Positions 1 through 12,989 of a stretch of 64,000 bases of DNA are shown here, piece by piece. The translations under genes were made by a program, and so were the position numbers. The DNA is taken from the NCBI GenBank assembly GCA_951406725.2, contig OX597834.1, forward strand, positions 13,764,001 to 13,828,000, read 5' to 3'. Each line of letters starts with the position of its first letter. Positions within the stretch are counted from its first letter, which is position 1. Source of the DNA: Octopus vulgaris. Its lineage: Eukaryota. Below the pieces are notes generated by a model. It had not been told where the DNA came from. It worked only from the letters and a program-made list of their open reading frames with translations, and did not search any database.

Positions 1-131
1 TGTCTGAAATGTAGGTTAAATCAGTGTTTCTGAAAGGGGAGGCCTATGGGACTGTCGGACAAGTTGTTTAGAGAAAATTTGGTTTAAATGTCTGACAACT
101 CAGCACCGTCCATTGGAGAGGAGGCGTTTTT
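1..131 (-). repeat. dispersed repeat, inverted copy of 52148-52281
   Basis: tgtctgaaatgtaggttaaatcagtgtttctgaaagggg...ggcgtttt is the diverged reverse complement of aaaacgcc...gagaaacactgatttaacctaaatttgagaca at 52148-52281. Confidence 0.7.
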
Positions 132-144
132 CTTATATATATAT

Positions 145-556
145 AGGCGCAGGAGTGGCTGTGTGGTAAGTAGCTTGCTAACCAACCACATCGTTCCGGG
201 TTCAGTCCCACTGCGTGGCATCTTGGGCAAGTGTCTTCTGCTATAGCCTCGGGCCGACCAATGCCTTGTGAGTGGATTTGCTAGACGGAAACTGAAAGAA
301 GCCTGTCGTATATATGTATATATATATAAGTGTGTGTGTGTATGTTTGTGTGTCTGTGTTTGTCCCTCTAGCATTGCTTGACAACCGATGCTGGTGTGTT
401 TACGTCCCCGTAACTTAGCGGTTCGGCAAAAGAGACCGATAGAATAAGTACTGGGGTTACAAAGAATAAGTCCCGGGGTCGATTTGCTCGACTAAAGGCG
501 GTGCTCCAGCATGGCCGCAGTCAAATGACTGAAACAAGTAAAAGAGTAAAAGAGTA
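145..556 (+). mobile_element. tRNA-derived SINE, family A (CORE-like), full length
   Basis: A box (ggagtggctgtgtggtaag), B box (gggttcagtccc), CORE-like cttgggcaagt, internal TA/TG microsatellite, (gtaaaaga)n tail; ~20 copies in window. Confidence 0.9.
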
Positions 557-623
557 TATATATATATATATGGCAAATGGGAGACCGAAGATGGAATATA
601 CGAGATTTGTTTCGACATATCTC

Positions 624-767
624 CCTATTTCTTTACTACCCACAATGGGCTAAACGCAGAGGTGATAACCAAGAACAGACAAACGGATTAAGTCGATTGT
701 GTCGACCCCAGTGCGTAACTGGTACTTAATTTATCGACACCGAAAGGATGAAAGGCAAAGTCTACCA
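624..767 (-). mobile_element. SINE family B, 3' fragment
   Basis: matches 3' half of the complete copy at 17619-17851. Confidence 0.8.
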
Positions 768-1411
768 TCAATCGTTCATTGTTGGGACAGTCCATAACTG
801 ATTCAGGAGCATACGGCTTTGTAGATGTACCTCATCGAGTTATAAATGTAAACAACTCGTTAAAATAAGAGCTCTGCAATGTAACTTCTCGTTTTGGAGA
901 AAGAAAAGTGGGCAGACGGAGGAAACAAGTTCATTTACACAGAAGATCACAAAGATGGAAAAAAGAGAAACGAACACGTAACACAGAGGGAAAAGTATTA
1001 AAAATATAATTGAAAAATATAGATTCAACAAGAAGGTGTACGTTTGGACAGTTATTTTCTAATCACTACAGAGGTTTTCATACAACCTGGTTCTCCATAT
1101 ATACAGGCATTTGTTAATTCGACCACTTACCTGTATAATAGAATCCAGTTGTATTTCTTCAACTAGTATTAAATTGTTGCCCTCGTTCGGTAAATGATGC
1201 TAACACTACAATCTATCTTGTTTGAATTTAGTGATACGCTGGCAATATCATTCTGCTTCCTGTTAACTCAATCTTATTCAATTATATTTTCACAGAAGTC
1301 GGATGCTCAAATCAAGACTCGGAAATATATCGCAATACTACCGGGTATTTGGCAATTCAAATGTTGAACGAGCTCTATTTTGCCTCTGCTACGTTCCTAA
1401 CGGAATATATA

Positions 1412-1465
<54 letters not shown>

Positions 1466-1654
1466 AGTAGTTGAATGAATTATCTTAGTATGGATAATTC
1501 GGTTAACCGATACCTGGGTAGCAAATTCACGTCAGAAGAACACGGTTAAAGCTACATGCCAAGGGCAGAGATCACGTGCTTTCGTGTGGAAATTTGTGTG
1601 TTTTTCTTTAATACAAATAAAAGAAAGAATGGAGTTGAACGACGATTTAACAAA

Positions 1655-1702
<48 letters not shown>

Positions 1703-2378
1703 GTGTATGTATGTATATAATAATAATATTAGGGAGTATAACTCCAAACTTTCAGGGAAAAATTCAATTTGGTATTGAATCAAATTTCACAATATAAATA
1801 TATAAAATATAAATTAGAGATAAAACCACTATTATGCAACAACTTTTTGAGATCTAGTTATATGTTTTATAAAAATATATATCATTTGTTATTTATGTTT
1901 TGGTTTATGTCTATCACTGTTTGACTTGCATAATAGTGGTTTTATCTCTTATGTGTATTATATACATATATATATATGCATGTATGTGTATTTATGTATA
2001 CACACACACAGGATAGAGCTCTTTGCTCGATTTGTGATTATATGCAATGTTTGTATGTCTGTAGCATCAAGTCTCTCTATATACGTATATTTATTCAAGT
2101 ACGTCTAGATAGTAGTCAAACAGGTATCATGTTTAGCATCTAAAGATGAGAGAAAACAGAAGACTGTGCAACGGCTATCACCAGTTCATACACTAGCTTT
2201 ATTTTTGAGACTGTTCGCTTGGACACCTTTGCGGTAAAGTAGCTACACATTATGTGTAATGAATATCTTTGATTATTCTGATTTTCGAGTCTAAATAATA
2301 AAGTCAGACAAGCAGCTAGAGTCATATGTGAGTGTGCTTATGTGTGTAAATGCGTGTCTATGCGGTGTTTCCATATAT

Positions 2379-2415
<37 letters not shown>

Positions 2416-2602
2416 TGCACACAAACACACACTCACGTACTTGCTCGTGTCTACACCTACACAAACAGCGCGCACGTAAACACACACACATACGTGATTA
2501 CATATATATGTATATATATATATATATGTGTGTGTGTGTATACATATGTGTGTGTATATATATATATATATATATACATATATACCTATATCTATATATG
2601 TG

Positions 2603-2703
<101 letters not shown>

Positions 2704-3429
2704 ACAGATATGTAATTTGACAGATAAACAAGTAGATAGATATTTCGCCGAACCCGACGTCAGAGGAAGTGAGAGCAATAATAAACATTCGAGGACATAA
2801 ATTCAAAGATACTATCACAAGATCAAGGAATGGAACCACATAGTAATCAGAGAGCATTATATTAAGTATCTTTCTTTGAAGTTTGATTGTATCCTGATTC
2901 AGTGTCGTATGACATAGTCATGAGTGTTATATTTTTTGAGTTTTCTTTTTGTATTATTTTGTCTATATTTCTCCCCTGATATCTTCTACATCTGATCGTT
3001 TCTATCTCTTGCACGACATCAGTAGTAAGATATAGTTATCGACAACAGACCGGCAGTCATCTTTGTATGTTTAAGAATGAATTCAGACAATAGATTAGAG
3101 AGCGGCTCAAACGGTCATTGAGTTAGCAAACGTTGTTCAGTGTCTCTCATCAAACACACAACAATAATTTGGGGAATCTTTGGGAATCGTATGAATTCAA
3201 CGATCAGAGAATGTAGCGATGTGAAGCATGATTGAGAAAGCAAAAACAATAAAATATATGGTAAGATGAACACTGACACAGAACACATTTATATAAAAAC
3301 ATTGGGAAAAATTATGAAACATCGTTTTTCTCATTCCTTCCTTCGTACATTTCTACAGACACACACAAACATACAAACGAGTGCAGACAGAAAGACACAA
3401 AAGACGTGCACACATATCTGAAGAAATAC

Positions 3430-3760
3430 ATCGGTTTCAGTCATTTGACTGCGGCTATGTTGAAGCACCGACCTTCGTCTGACAAATCAATCCCAGGACT
3501 TATTCTTTGTAAGTCTACTGCTTAAATTAACGGGCTCTTTTGCAAAACTGCTAAATTACGAGGACGTAAACACACAAACTTAAGTGTATGCGTACATATA
3601 TGACGGGGTTCTTTCAATTTCCGTTTACCAAATACACTCGCAAATATTTGATCAGCCCGAGGCCATAGTAGAAGACACTTGCCTAAAGTGCTGCGCAGCG
3701 GGATTGAATTCGGAACCATGTGGTTGGGAATAAAGCTTCTTACCACACAACCAGTCCTGT
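3430..3760 (-). mobile_element. SINE family A, degenerate
   Basis: aligns to reverse complement of 145-556 with deletions. Confidence 0.75.
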
Positions 3761-3887
3761 ATATATATATATATATGTATGTATGTATGTATATGTATAT
3801 ACATATATAAATATTTATATATATATATAAATATATATATACATATATAAATATAAATATATATATATATAAATATATATATATATA

Positions 3888-3944
<57 letters not shown>

Positions 3945-3951
<7 letters not shown>

Positions 3952-4709
3952 CAAAATAAGCAACAAGGATATCCAATGTAGTGTGGTACAATCGTTTCAT
4001 GCAACTTCATTTTATTAAACAATGTAAGTATTACATCAGTTTTAAAAACCAGAGCACCCTTCAGCCACATATAGAATTTTTAAAATTAAGTAGACAATGA
4101 ACATTTTTATACATATTTCATTCGCCAACATTGCATTGTACCATTAAAAAATTCTATGTGTGGCTGCAGATTGCTCTGCATTTTAAAACTGATGAAATAC
4201 TTAAATTATTTAATAAAATGAAGTAGCATGAACCGATTGTACTACACTACCTTGGATATCCTTGTTGCTTATTTTGATTATAATCACCCCATTTGATTTA
4301 TATGGATAATACCATACCAAATTCGTGTGCCGTTAACTTACGTACTATATTCATACCCATGGGTACGAGTAAGTATCTCATTTATTTCTTTTGCCACATG
4401 TATCACTGATGAAGAGAGGGCTCTTAGCAGCTAACTCTGAAATCGGTCCGATATGGTAATGATGGAATTTTTTAGAAATTTTTGTCAACCTTTTTTCGAG
4501 TAAGGTGCGTATTGTGAAAAAATTATATGTTTAATGGGCAATATGTCCAATTTTTCGGCATATTTGGCATTAGAAATTTTTTCCTTTGCCCTCATTTATG
4601 AATTGTTTATAAATTTAACCGTTAAAGTTATTTTTTAATATGCTGGCCATTGATAAAATTTTCTTCGAGAAAAATTTTTTTTTTTCGAAAAGAATTTTAT
4701 ACTCATATT

Positions 4710-4720
<11 letters not shown>
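3945..4720. mobile_element. Penelope-like terminal-repeat remnant with ~140-bp inverted arms (3945-4083 / 4144-4282), flanked by (TA)n
   Basis: visible inverted repeat; related sequence at 16777-17160, 55210-55410, 57530-57675; hammerhead motif inside; next to GIY-YIG fragment. Confidence 0.6.
4401..4453 (+). ncRNA. type I hammerhead ribozyme motif (minimal, PLE-type, slightly degenerate)
   Basis: tatca-CTGATGA-agag..ctct-GAAA-tcgg-TC-cgata; stem II 4 bp, stem I with first-pair mismatch. Confidence 0.6.
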
Positions 4721-4790
<70 letters not shown>

Positions 4791-4794
<4 letters not shown>

Positions 4795-5363
4795 CCCTTC
4801 AACTTAACATCAAGGAACTGAGACATCCCAAATCAAAGAAAAACTTACAACCAAAAGCCTTACCATACATCTCCACACACAACCCTCTCAATAACGAAGC
4901 CTTCGACACCATCCTCCACAACATACCCCTCCTAAAAAAAGACCACAGAATGAACACAATCCTCCAAACACACACGATCATAAAAAGCAAAAGACAGCCT
5001 AGATCCATGAAAAGTCTCCTTACACAAGCCCGAATTCACTCTTCAACACAGAAGCCGACAGTAAAAAAATGTGGAAGACCCAATTGCGGGATATGCGACT
5101 ATCTAATTGAGGAATCAGAGTTCTCCTTCAAACAGGGACAACGGTTTACAGTGAAAAGCAACTTCACATGTGCTTCGGAGAACCTAATATACTCACTAAC
5201 CTGCTCCGGGTGTCAAGATCAGTACATAGGCCAAACAAAAAATGGTTTGCGTAGACGAATGGCCCTGCACAGATCCCAGATAAAAATTCCCCAAAACAGA
5301 AAAATAGCTTTTAGCCAACACATAGATACTTGCGCCAACAAAAAAACACCAAACCGGTACTGA
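4791..5363 (+). pseudogene. Penelope-like element ORF fragment: RT thumb/linker, Cys knuckle, GIY-YIG endonuclease
   Basis: open frame from 4791: LPYISTHNP...KRQPRSMKSLL...CGRPNCGIC...CASENLIYSLTCSGC..QYIGQT...RRRMALH; truncated at both ends, bounded by (TA)n. Confidence 0.85.
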
Positions 5364-5411
5364 AAGATTCACTATAAAATCATCTTAGCATTTTCTATTT
5401 TTGACTTTTTT

Positions 5412-5470
<59 letters not shown>

Positions 5471-5824
5471 CAACTTATGTTCATTAAACTGCTTCAACCC
5501 TAAGAATGCGGAGATGTTTGAGCTCCACCTTTATTTTTATCCGTCTTTTGTTGCTTTATATTTAGAAATTACGTTTGAGCTGGTCTTACTTGAGGTGTAT
5601 CAGGAAATATTTGTCTTCGCCTGTATCGTGTTTACGAGTTAATCTAATACACTTTTCCTTAGAATTTCAGTACAGATTCCTTTCATATTTATAACTTGTG
5701 GACGTTGCCAGTGTTGAACACTCGAGGAATAATTGAACACGTTTTAAGACAATTGAATGCTTGTTTTTTTGTTTTGTTTTTTTTCCTATATCACTTCCGG
5801 TTTCATTCTTTTGAGTATATACGA

Positions 5825-6247
5825 TACTCTCTTTTTTTACTCTTTTTACTTGTTTCAGTCATTTGACTGCGGCCATGCTGGAGCACCGCCTTTAGCCGAG
5901 CAAATCGACTCAGGACGTATTTCTTGTAAGCCTAGTACGTATTATATCGGTCTAGTTTGCCGAACCACTAAGTTACGGGGACGTAAACACACCAGCATCG
6001 GTTGTCAAGCAATGCTAGGGGGACAAACACAGACACACAAACATATTCACACACACTTATATATATATATATATATATATATACGACAGGCTTCTTTCAG
6101 TTTCCGTCTACCAAATCCACTCACAAGTCATTGGTCGGCCCTGAGCTATAGCAGAAGACACTTGCCCAAGATGCCACGCAGTGGGACTGAACCCGGAACC
6201 ATGTGGTTGGTTAGCAAGCTACTTACCAAACAGCCACTCCTGCGCCT
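5825..6247 (-). mobile_element. SINE family A, full length
   Basis: reverse complement of 145-556. Confidence 0.9.
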
Positions 6248-7342
6248 ATAAACAGCCATGAGTGTGTAAAACATTGTACAAGCATTTCAACTTTTCGAGT
6301 CGTTCAATTTCTATTTAAACATAATGGTTACCCTCACCCCATGCACTCATTCTAAGTGCCTGCAGCAAATCCTAGGCTTCAATCCGAAATATATGGCTTT
6401 ATCTCAAGCGTTATTTCAACTCCAAATTCTAAATTTTAACAGAGACCCAAATCCATTTCTTATATCCGATGTTTTCTTGTGCAGCTCAGCCAAATTTTAA
6501 AGGGTAAATATTTGGAACAAAAATGATAGTCCTGAATTGGAGCGTGAACTTGTAATCGACATATTACATTTTTAATCTATACAATTCATTAATTTCCGCG
6601 ACCATGATGCAAAACTGGATATTAAGACTGACCAATTTAAAAATAAATAAAATTATATATAAAATACAAAAAAAAACCCTAGATTACTTACGTATGCATA
6701 ATCAAGAGAAGAAATATACTAGGCATAGTAATTTTTTCCAGAATTTCACACACAAGGTTTCTATAGAATAATTCTTCATGGATTCACATTAAGTGGCAAT
6801 AAGAATTTGTAATAACTTAGGTATTTTCAAATGCGAATCAGTTGAAAAATAACTTCTAGTAGTATATGGAAAATGTCACCAACGAACGTCAACCACTCAT
6901 TACACCTGAAATTATCAGAGCGTGTAAATAGGTTGTGTTAAGTGATATAGTTTATGAAAAACTAATGGTATTAAAGTTGATATTATTTGTAAGCTTTCAA
7001 ACACATACACACACCAAATTCAATGACGCACACAATGACGCACACTAATTATTCGATTCGACGTTTCAAGGATACTATTTAAAAAAAAAAAAATAAAGAA
7101 TGAACAATAGAACAGCTGGATAAATTGCATGCGTGAATATGCAATTTGAGATCAGATATCGATTTTTCCTATGACGTCACAACAGGAACGATGATGATTT
7201 TGATATCGCTTGTAGTTGGACACATATGTTTCTTGAGTGCAGAATATAACTCATATATTTTACTGTTTAGACAATTGAAATTGTTTTCAAGAATCATCAC
7301 GCATCTTAAGCCAGTCAGAAAGACAGAGGCAATAACCCTTTA

Positions 7343-7553
7343 CACTCTTTTACTCTTTTACTTGTTTCAGTCATTTGACTGCAGCCATGCTGGAGCACCG
7401 CCTTTAGCCGAGCAAATCGACTCCAGGACGTATTTCTTGTAAGCCTAGTACGTATTCTATTGGTCTAGTTTGCCTAACCACTAAGTTACGGGGACGTAAA
7501 CACACCAGCATCGGTTGTCAAGCGATGTTGGTGGGGGGACAAACACAAACACA

Positions 7554-7605
<52 letters not shown>

Positions 7606-7662
7606 CACACATACACAGACACATATATATATATATGTATACATATACATATACACAGGCAT

Positions 7663-7712
<50 letters not shown>

Positions 7713-7882
7713 TATATACGACGGGCTTCTTTCAGTTTCCGTGTACTAAATCCACTCATAAGGCTTTGGTCGGCCCTGAGCTATAGCAGAAGACACTTGC
7801 TCAAGGTGACACGCAGTGGGAATGAACCCGGAAACATATGGTTGGTAAGCAAGCTACATACCACACAACCACTCCTACGCCC
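7343..7882 (-). mobile_element. SINE family A with expanded internal microsatellite
   Basis: head and tail intact; long CA/TA tract inside. Confidence 0.9.
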
Positions 7883-8224
7883 ATTCACAAAATGTTAACT
7901 TGACCTGCACGAGTTTTAGTGATTTATTCAGTCTATTGCTGGGACTTTCTCTACGCTGGAATTCCTTACAAAAGAATGATTTGGGAATGTGTTACCCATG
8001 TATTCCAACAGCATATCCTGGTTCTGCATTAGCTGTTCGCTAACATACTTTTGTTACTGGAGATAACTCAATTGCCTGAAAGATTGTCACTTGATATCTT
8101 AACTTGACCTCTGACGTAGCATACATTGCGCAGGCAGCACTAGTGAAATGACTCATGTTTCTTTATATGTGAGTAGTAGGGCGTCCACACTTGTAGCCGG
8201 TTCAGAATTATTTTTCTAAACTAG

Positions 8225-8758
8225 CCACAAGGCCTGAATTTGGAAGGGAGGGGATTAAGTCGATTAGGTATACCCCAGTACGCAACTGTTACTGAATTTA
8301 TCGAACACGAAGGCATGAAAGTCAAAGTCGACCACGTCGGAATTTGAACTCAGAACGTAAAGCCAGACTAAATACCTATTTCTTTATTACCCACAAGGGG
8401 CTAAACACAGAGGGGACAAACAAGGACAGACATAGGTATTAAGTCGATTACATCGACCCCAGTGCGTAACTGGTTCTTAATTTATCGACCCCAAAAGGAT
8501 GAAAGTCAAAGTCGACCACGTCGGAATTTGAACTCAGAACGTAAAGCCAGACGAAATACCTATTTCTTTATTACCCACAAGGGGCTAAACACAGAGGGGA
8601 CAAACAAGGACAGACATAGGTATTAAGTCGATTACATCGACTCCAGTGCGTAACTGGTTCTTAATTTATCGAACCCGAAAGGATGAAAGGCAAAATCGAC
8701 CTCGGCGGAACTTGAACTCACAAGTAACGCAGACGAAATACCGCCAAGCATTTCGCCC
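8225..8758 (-). mobile_element. SINE family B, tandem multimer (184-bp period)
   Basis: junction aaatacctatttc at 8375 and 8559. Confidence 0.85.
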
Positions 8759-8796
8759 TAGCCCTGTTCAGAATAGCGACAACAATACAAGATTTG

Positions 8797-9177
8797 TATG
8801 GCTGTGTGGTAAGTAGCTTGCTTACGAACCACATGGTTCCGGGTCAGTCCCACTGCGTGGAACCTTGGGCAAGTGTCTTCTGCTATAGCCTCGGGCCGAC
8901 CAAAGCCTTGTGAATGGATTTGGCAAAGGGAAACTGAAAGAAGCCCGTCGTATACATGCATATATATATATATATGCATATGTGTATGTTTGTGACTGTG
9001 TTTGTCCCTCCAACATCGCTTCACAACCAATGCTGGTGTGTTTCCGCCCCCGTAACGTAGCAGTTCGACAAAAGAGCCCGATAGAATAAGTCCCGGGGTC
9101 GATTTGCTCGACTAAAACGGCGGTGCTCCATCCTGGCCACAGTCAAATTACTTAAACTAGTAAAAGAGTAAAAGAGT
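8797..9177 (+). mobile_element. SINE family A
   Basis: tggctgtgtggtaag head through gtaaaagagta tail. Confidence 0.85.
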
Positions 9178-9397
9178 ATATTTGTATACATATTTTAGCG
9201 AGAACACAGAATGGGTTAAGTCAACCGATAAACAGAGTATATCCTGGAAAAAACATTTACCAGGGGCCACGCAAAGGGGCTACTGTAGCAAACATGTGAT
9301 GAGGAAGCAAGCATTGGCATTCATACGCGCGGGTGCTTTTGTGTGCTAATATAAACGTACCTATACCTTGGCGTCAATAAAATGTTCATTTTTCCCG

Positions 9398-9949
9398 GTG
9401 AAGACGCGTGGCTTAGTGGTTAGGGCATTCGGATCACGAATTGTAAGGTCGTGAGATCGATTCCCGGCGACGCGTTGTATCCTTGAGCATTTCAAAGGGC
9501 CAGCTTTGTCACACTTTGTGTCACGCTGAATCTCCCTGAGAACTACGTTAGTGGTACGCTTGTCTGTGGATTGCTCAGCCACTTGCACGTTAATTTCACG
9601 AGCAGACTGCTCCGTTGATCGTATCAGCTGGGACCCTCGTCGTCGTAACCGACGGAGTGCTCCCCCCATTTTCCCCAATGACTAGCTGGATTTTGCGCTG
9701 TGTCCTTGAGCAAGACACTTTATTTCACGTTGCTCCAGTCCACTCAGCTGGCAAAAATGAGTAGTATCTGTATTTCAAAGGGCCAGCTTTGTCACACTTT
9801 GTGTCACGCTGAATCTCCCTGAGAACTACGTTAGTGGTACGCTTGTCTGTGGATTGCTCAGCCACTTGCACGATAATTTCACGAGCAGACTGTTCCGTTG
9901 AGCGTATCAGCTGGGACCCTCGTCCTCGTAACCGACGGAGTGCTCCCCC
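9398..9949 (+). mobile_element. tRNA-derived SINE family D (CORE-like), rearranged/partly duplicated
   Basis: A box gtggcttagtggttag, B-like gagatcgattccc, tgtgtccttgagcaagacactt; flanked by catttttccc at 9387-9396 and 9950-9959 (TSD). Confidence 0.8.
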
Positions 9950-10170
9950 CATTTTTCCCAATGACCAGCTGGATTTTGCGAAAACCAAACCGACCTCTTT
10001 TTCTTCATTTTATTCCGAATAAATATGAGTACAATTGCTTGTACAAGTAAACACGCTCATATATACATATAGAAATTTGAGTGTTATGGTATTAAAAGCA
10101 TTAAGGTTTTCTTTACAGGGCGTCTACATTTTCGATGTATGTAGTTTCGTATGTACATAGGAGTATATAT

Positions 10171-10496
10171 AGGAGCACTCCGTCGGTTACAACGACGAGG
10201 GTCCCAGCTGATACGATCAACGAAACATCTTGTTCGTGGAATTAACGTGCAAGTGACTGAGCAATCCACAGACACGAGTACCCTTAACGTAGTTCTCAGG
10301 GAGATTCAACGTGACACAGAGTGTGACAAGGCCGGCCCTTTGAAATACAGGTACAACTCATTTTTGCCAGCTGAGTGGACTGGAGCAACGTTAAATAAAG
10401 TGTCTTGATCAAGGACACAACGCATCACCGGGAATTGAACTCACGACCTTACAATCGTCAGTCGAATGCCCTAACCACTAAGTCACGCGCCTTCAC
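10171..10496 (-). mobile_element. SINE family D, full length
   Basis: 16-bp TSD acataggagtatatat / acataggactatatat (10155-10170, 10497-10512). Confidence 0.9.
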
Positions 10497-11524
10497 ACAT
10501 AGGACTATATATCACAATCAATTCATTTCAATTTATACGTGCGTTTGTGTTTGGGTCCTATGACAATGAACCAGACAAGAGTATAATGCCTGAAACTTTC
10601 CAATCCTTAGATGGCCTTCCACAACAACGAGCATTCTTTGTCGGCGTAATGCAAAAGTTGTAGCCCAATGGAAAAACTCATCTGTTAATATTTTAAAGTC
10701 TAGTAATTATTCTATCGGGTTGTTTTGTTGAACCGCTATGTTACGTGGACGTAAACAAAAACAACACCTGTAGTGAAGCAGTGGTGGGAAAATCAATTTT
10801 AGTGTAGGCCTGTCGGTCTCGAGGGGCCATGGATCGCTTCATCCCCTTTCTCAGCATTTGTGTCGGGTGTGGGTAATCAGTTGCGACCTCAGAACGTCCA
10901 GATCAAGCGACTTTGTATCCTTCTTAAAGACATGTGTGTATATATAAGTTTGTATGGATACGACGGGCGATCCCCTCAGAAGGCTTGGGACGGCCCGAGT
11001 CTATATTGGAGAAACATTTTCCAGGTGCTACGCAAAGGGACTGCCGTGGTAAACATAGGATTAGGAAGCAAGCATTGGTATTCATACGCGTAGGTGTGCT
11101 AGTATTTACGTACCTATACGTTCATACGCGTAGTGTGCTAGTATTTACGTACCTATACCGTGACAAGAATAACATTTTTCCCAATGATTAGCTGGATTTT
11201 CCAAAAACCAAATTATATTATGGCAGTGAAACAGATATTTAAATTGCACTGAAATATCTTTTTGTCAATCTTCACTGATCTTATTTTTCTTTATGTAATC
11301 TCATTTCTATTTCTTTGTGCATTGATAGGTACATTTCAATTGCATATATATAATATGATACTTCTATACACGTACATATCTATCTACCTAGCTACCTACC
11401 TTGCTATCTAGCTACCTATATATATGCCTATCTATCTATCTATCTATCTATCTATGTTGACATGTGTGCGTTTTATTTTTAAGATAGGTTTAGTCAGTCA
11501 GTGCACATATATAGTATTTTATTC

Positions 11525-11743
11525 TTTTATACACTTTTACTTGTTTCAGTCACTTGACTGCGGCGATGCTGGAGCACCAGTTTAGTCGATCAAAGCGACT
11601 CCGAAACTTATTATTTGTGACCTTAGTAGTTATTTTATAGGTCTCTTTTGCCGAACTGCTGTTTCAGGGACGGAAACAAACCAACATCGTTTATCAAGCG
11701 ATAGTGCGGTGAGAAACACTTACATATACAAATATATATATAT

Positions 11744-11788
<45 letters not shown>

Positions 11789-11793
11789 AATAC

Positions 11794-11851
<58 letters not shown>

Positions 11852-12057
11852 ATATCTCTATCTATCTATATATCTCTATCTATCTCTATCTATCTATATA
11901 TGTATATATATACATGCGACAGGTTTCGTTCAGTTTCCGACAAGAATTTAGTCACCTAAACGTATAGAAGAAGACAGTTGTCCCCAAGGTGCCACGCTGT
12001 GGGGTTGAACGCGGAACGATATGCTTGAGGAAGAAATTTCTTAAAATACAGCCACGC
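11525..12057 (-). mobile_element. SINE family A, degenerate, (TATC)n expansion
   Basis: diverged tail and head recognisable. Confidence 0.7.
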
Positions 12058-12339
12058 GAACGCTAAGCGGGCAGAGGAAAAATGAAGAAGAATTTTTTTA
12101 AATGAAATATAGTTAATCGTAGATCGATTTCTGGCTCAGGGTTGTAAAACCTATTGCCGTCTTTAGTACTGTTTGCCAAAGTATATAAATGCAAATATAT
12201 ATAATAACCATACGAACAACATATATCTGCACGATTATATGTATCAATGTACATGTGCACACTAATGAAATTTGATTGTTTTCCATCTTCACCGTGTGAT
12301 TTTATAACAACAAAAGCCACTGCAATCTGATCACGAGCA

Positions 12340-12374
<35 letters not shown>

Positions 12375-12389
12375 CATATATACATATAC

Positions 12390-12468
<79 letters not shown>

Positions 12469-12469
<1 letters not shown>

Positions 12470-12724
12470 CACCGTGATCACCGTGACCGACCAGGCTCTC
12501 AGATGTGCTACGCATCGCTGGTCACAATGCGCTTCGCATTGTTTTAGCCTTCAAAGTACGCCACCCCGCTAGCTAAGCGAGCAGGCCAACAGAAGCAAGT
12601 GTGAGAGAAAAATGTGGCGAAAGTGTACAGCAGGGATCGCCACCCCATCCTGCCGGAGCCTTGTGGAGCTTTTAAGGTGTTTTCGCTCAATAAACACTCA
12701 CAACGCCTGGTCTGGGAATCGAAA
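12469..12724 (-). mobile_element. SINE family C body with a distinct 3' tail
   Basis: gtgtttattgagcgaaaacacc body joined to tail ending ggtcacggtgatcacggtga. Confidence 0.7.
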
Positions 12725-12989
12725 AAGTATGGTGAGTACTACTTTAATGATATCATCAAGTGGTCAGTTTGAAATAACAGTTTACATAATTATAAATTAG
12801 TATAAATTGATGTCTCTAATATTTCATTTCACGCTGGTCGTTGAAGTGGCGACAATTTCGAACCCATATATATGTGTGTTTGTGTATGTTTGTTTGTGCC
12901 TGGCATTCTGGATCATATATACGTTTGCATTTCTTTTGCACTATGACAAAAGCTGATAAAAGACAATCTTATACATTATACATAAAATA

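Noticed and set aside
84-374. Recurrent ORFs such as [15 protein letters not shown] and [15 protein letters not shown]
   Set aside because: Antisense translations of SINE family A, not a gene family
1131-1199. Possible minus-strand exon ending at cag|gtaagt
   Set aside because: Weak acceptor, no partner exon or recognisable peptide
2735-3250. Possible minus-strand PLE relic (NFKERY; ctgacg...cgaaa)
   Set aside because: Too degenerate; hammerhead core incomplete
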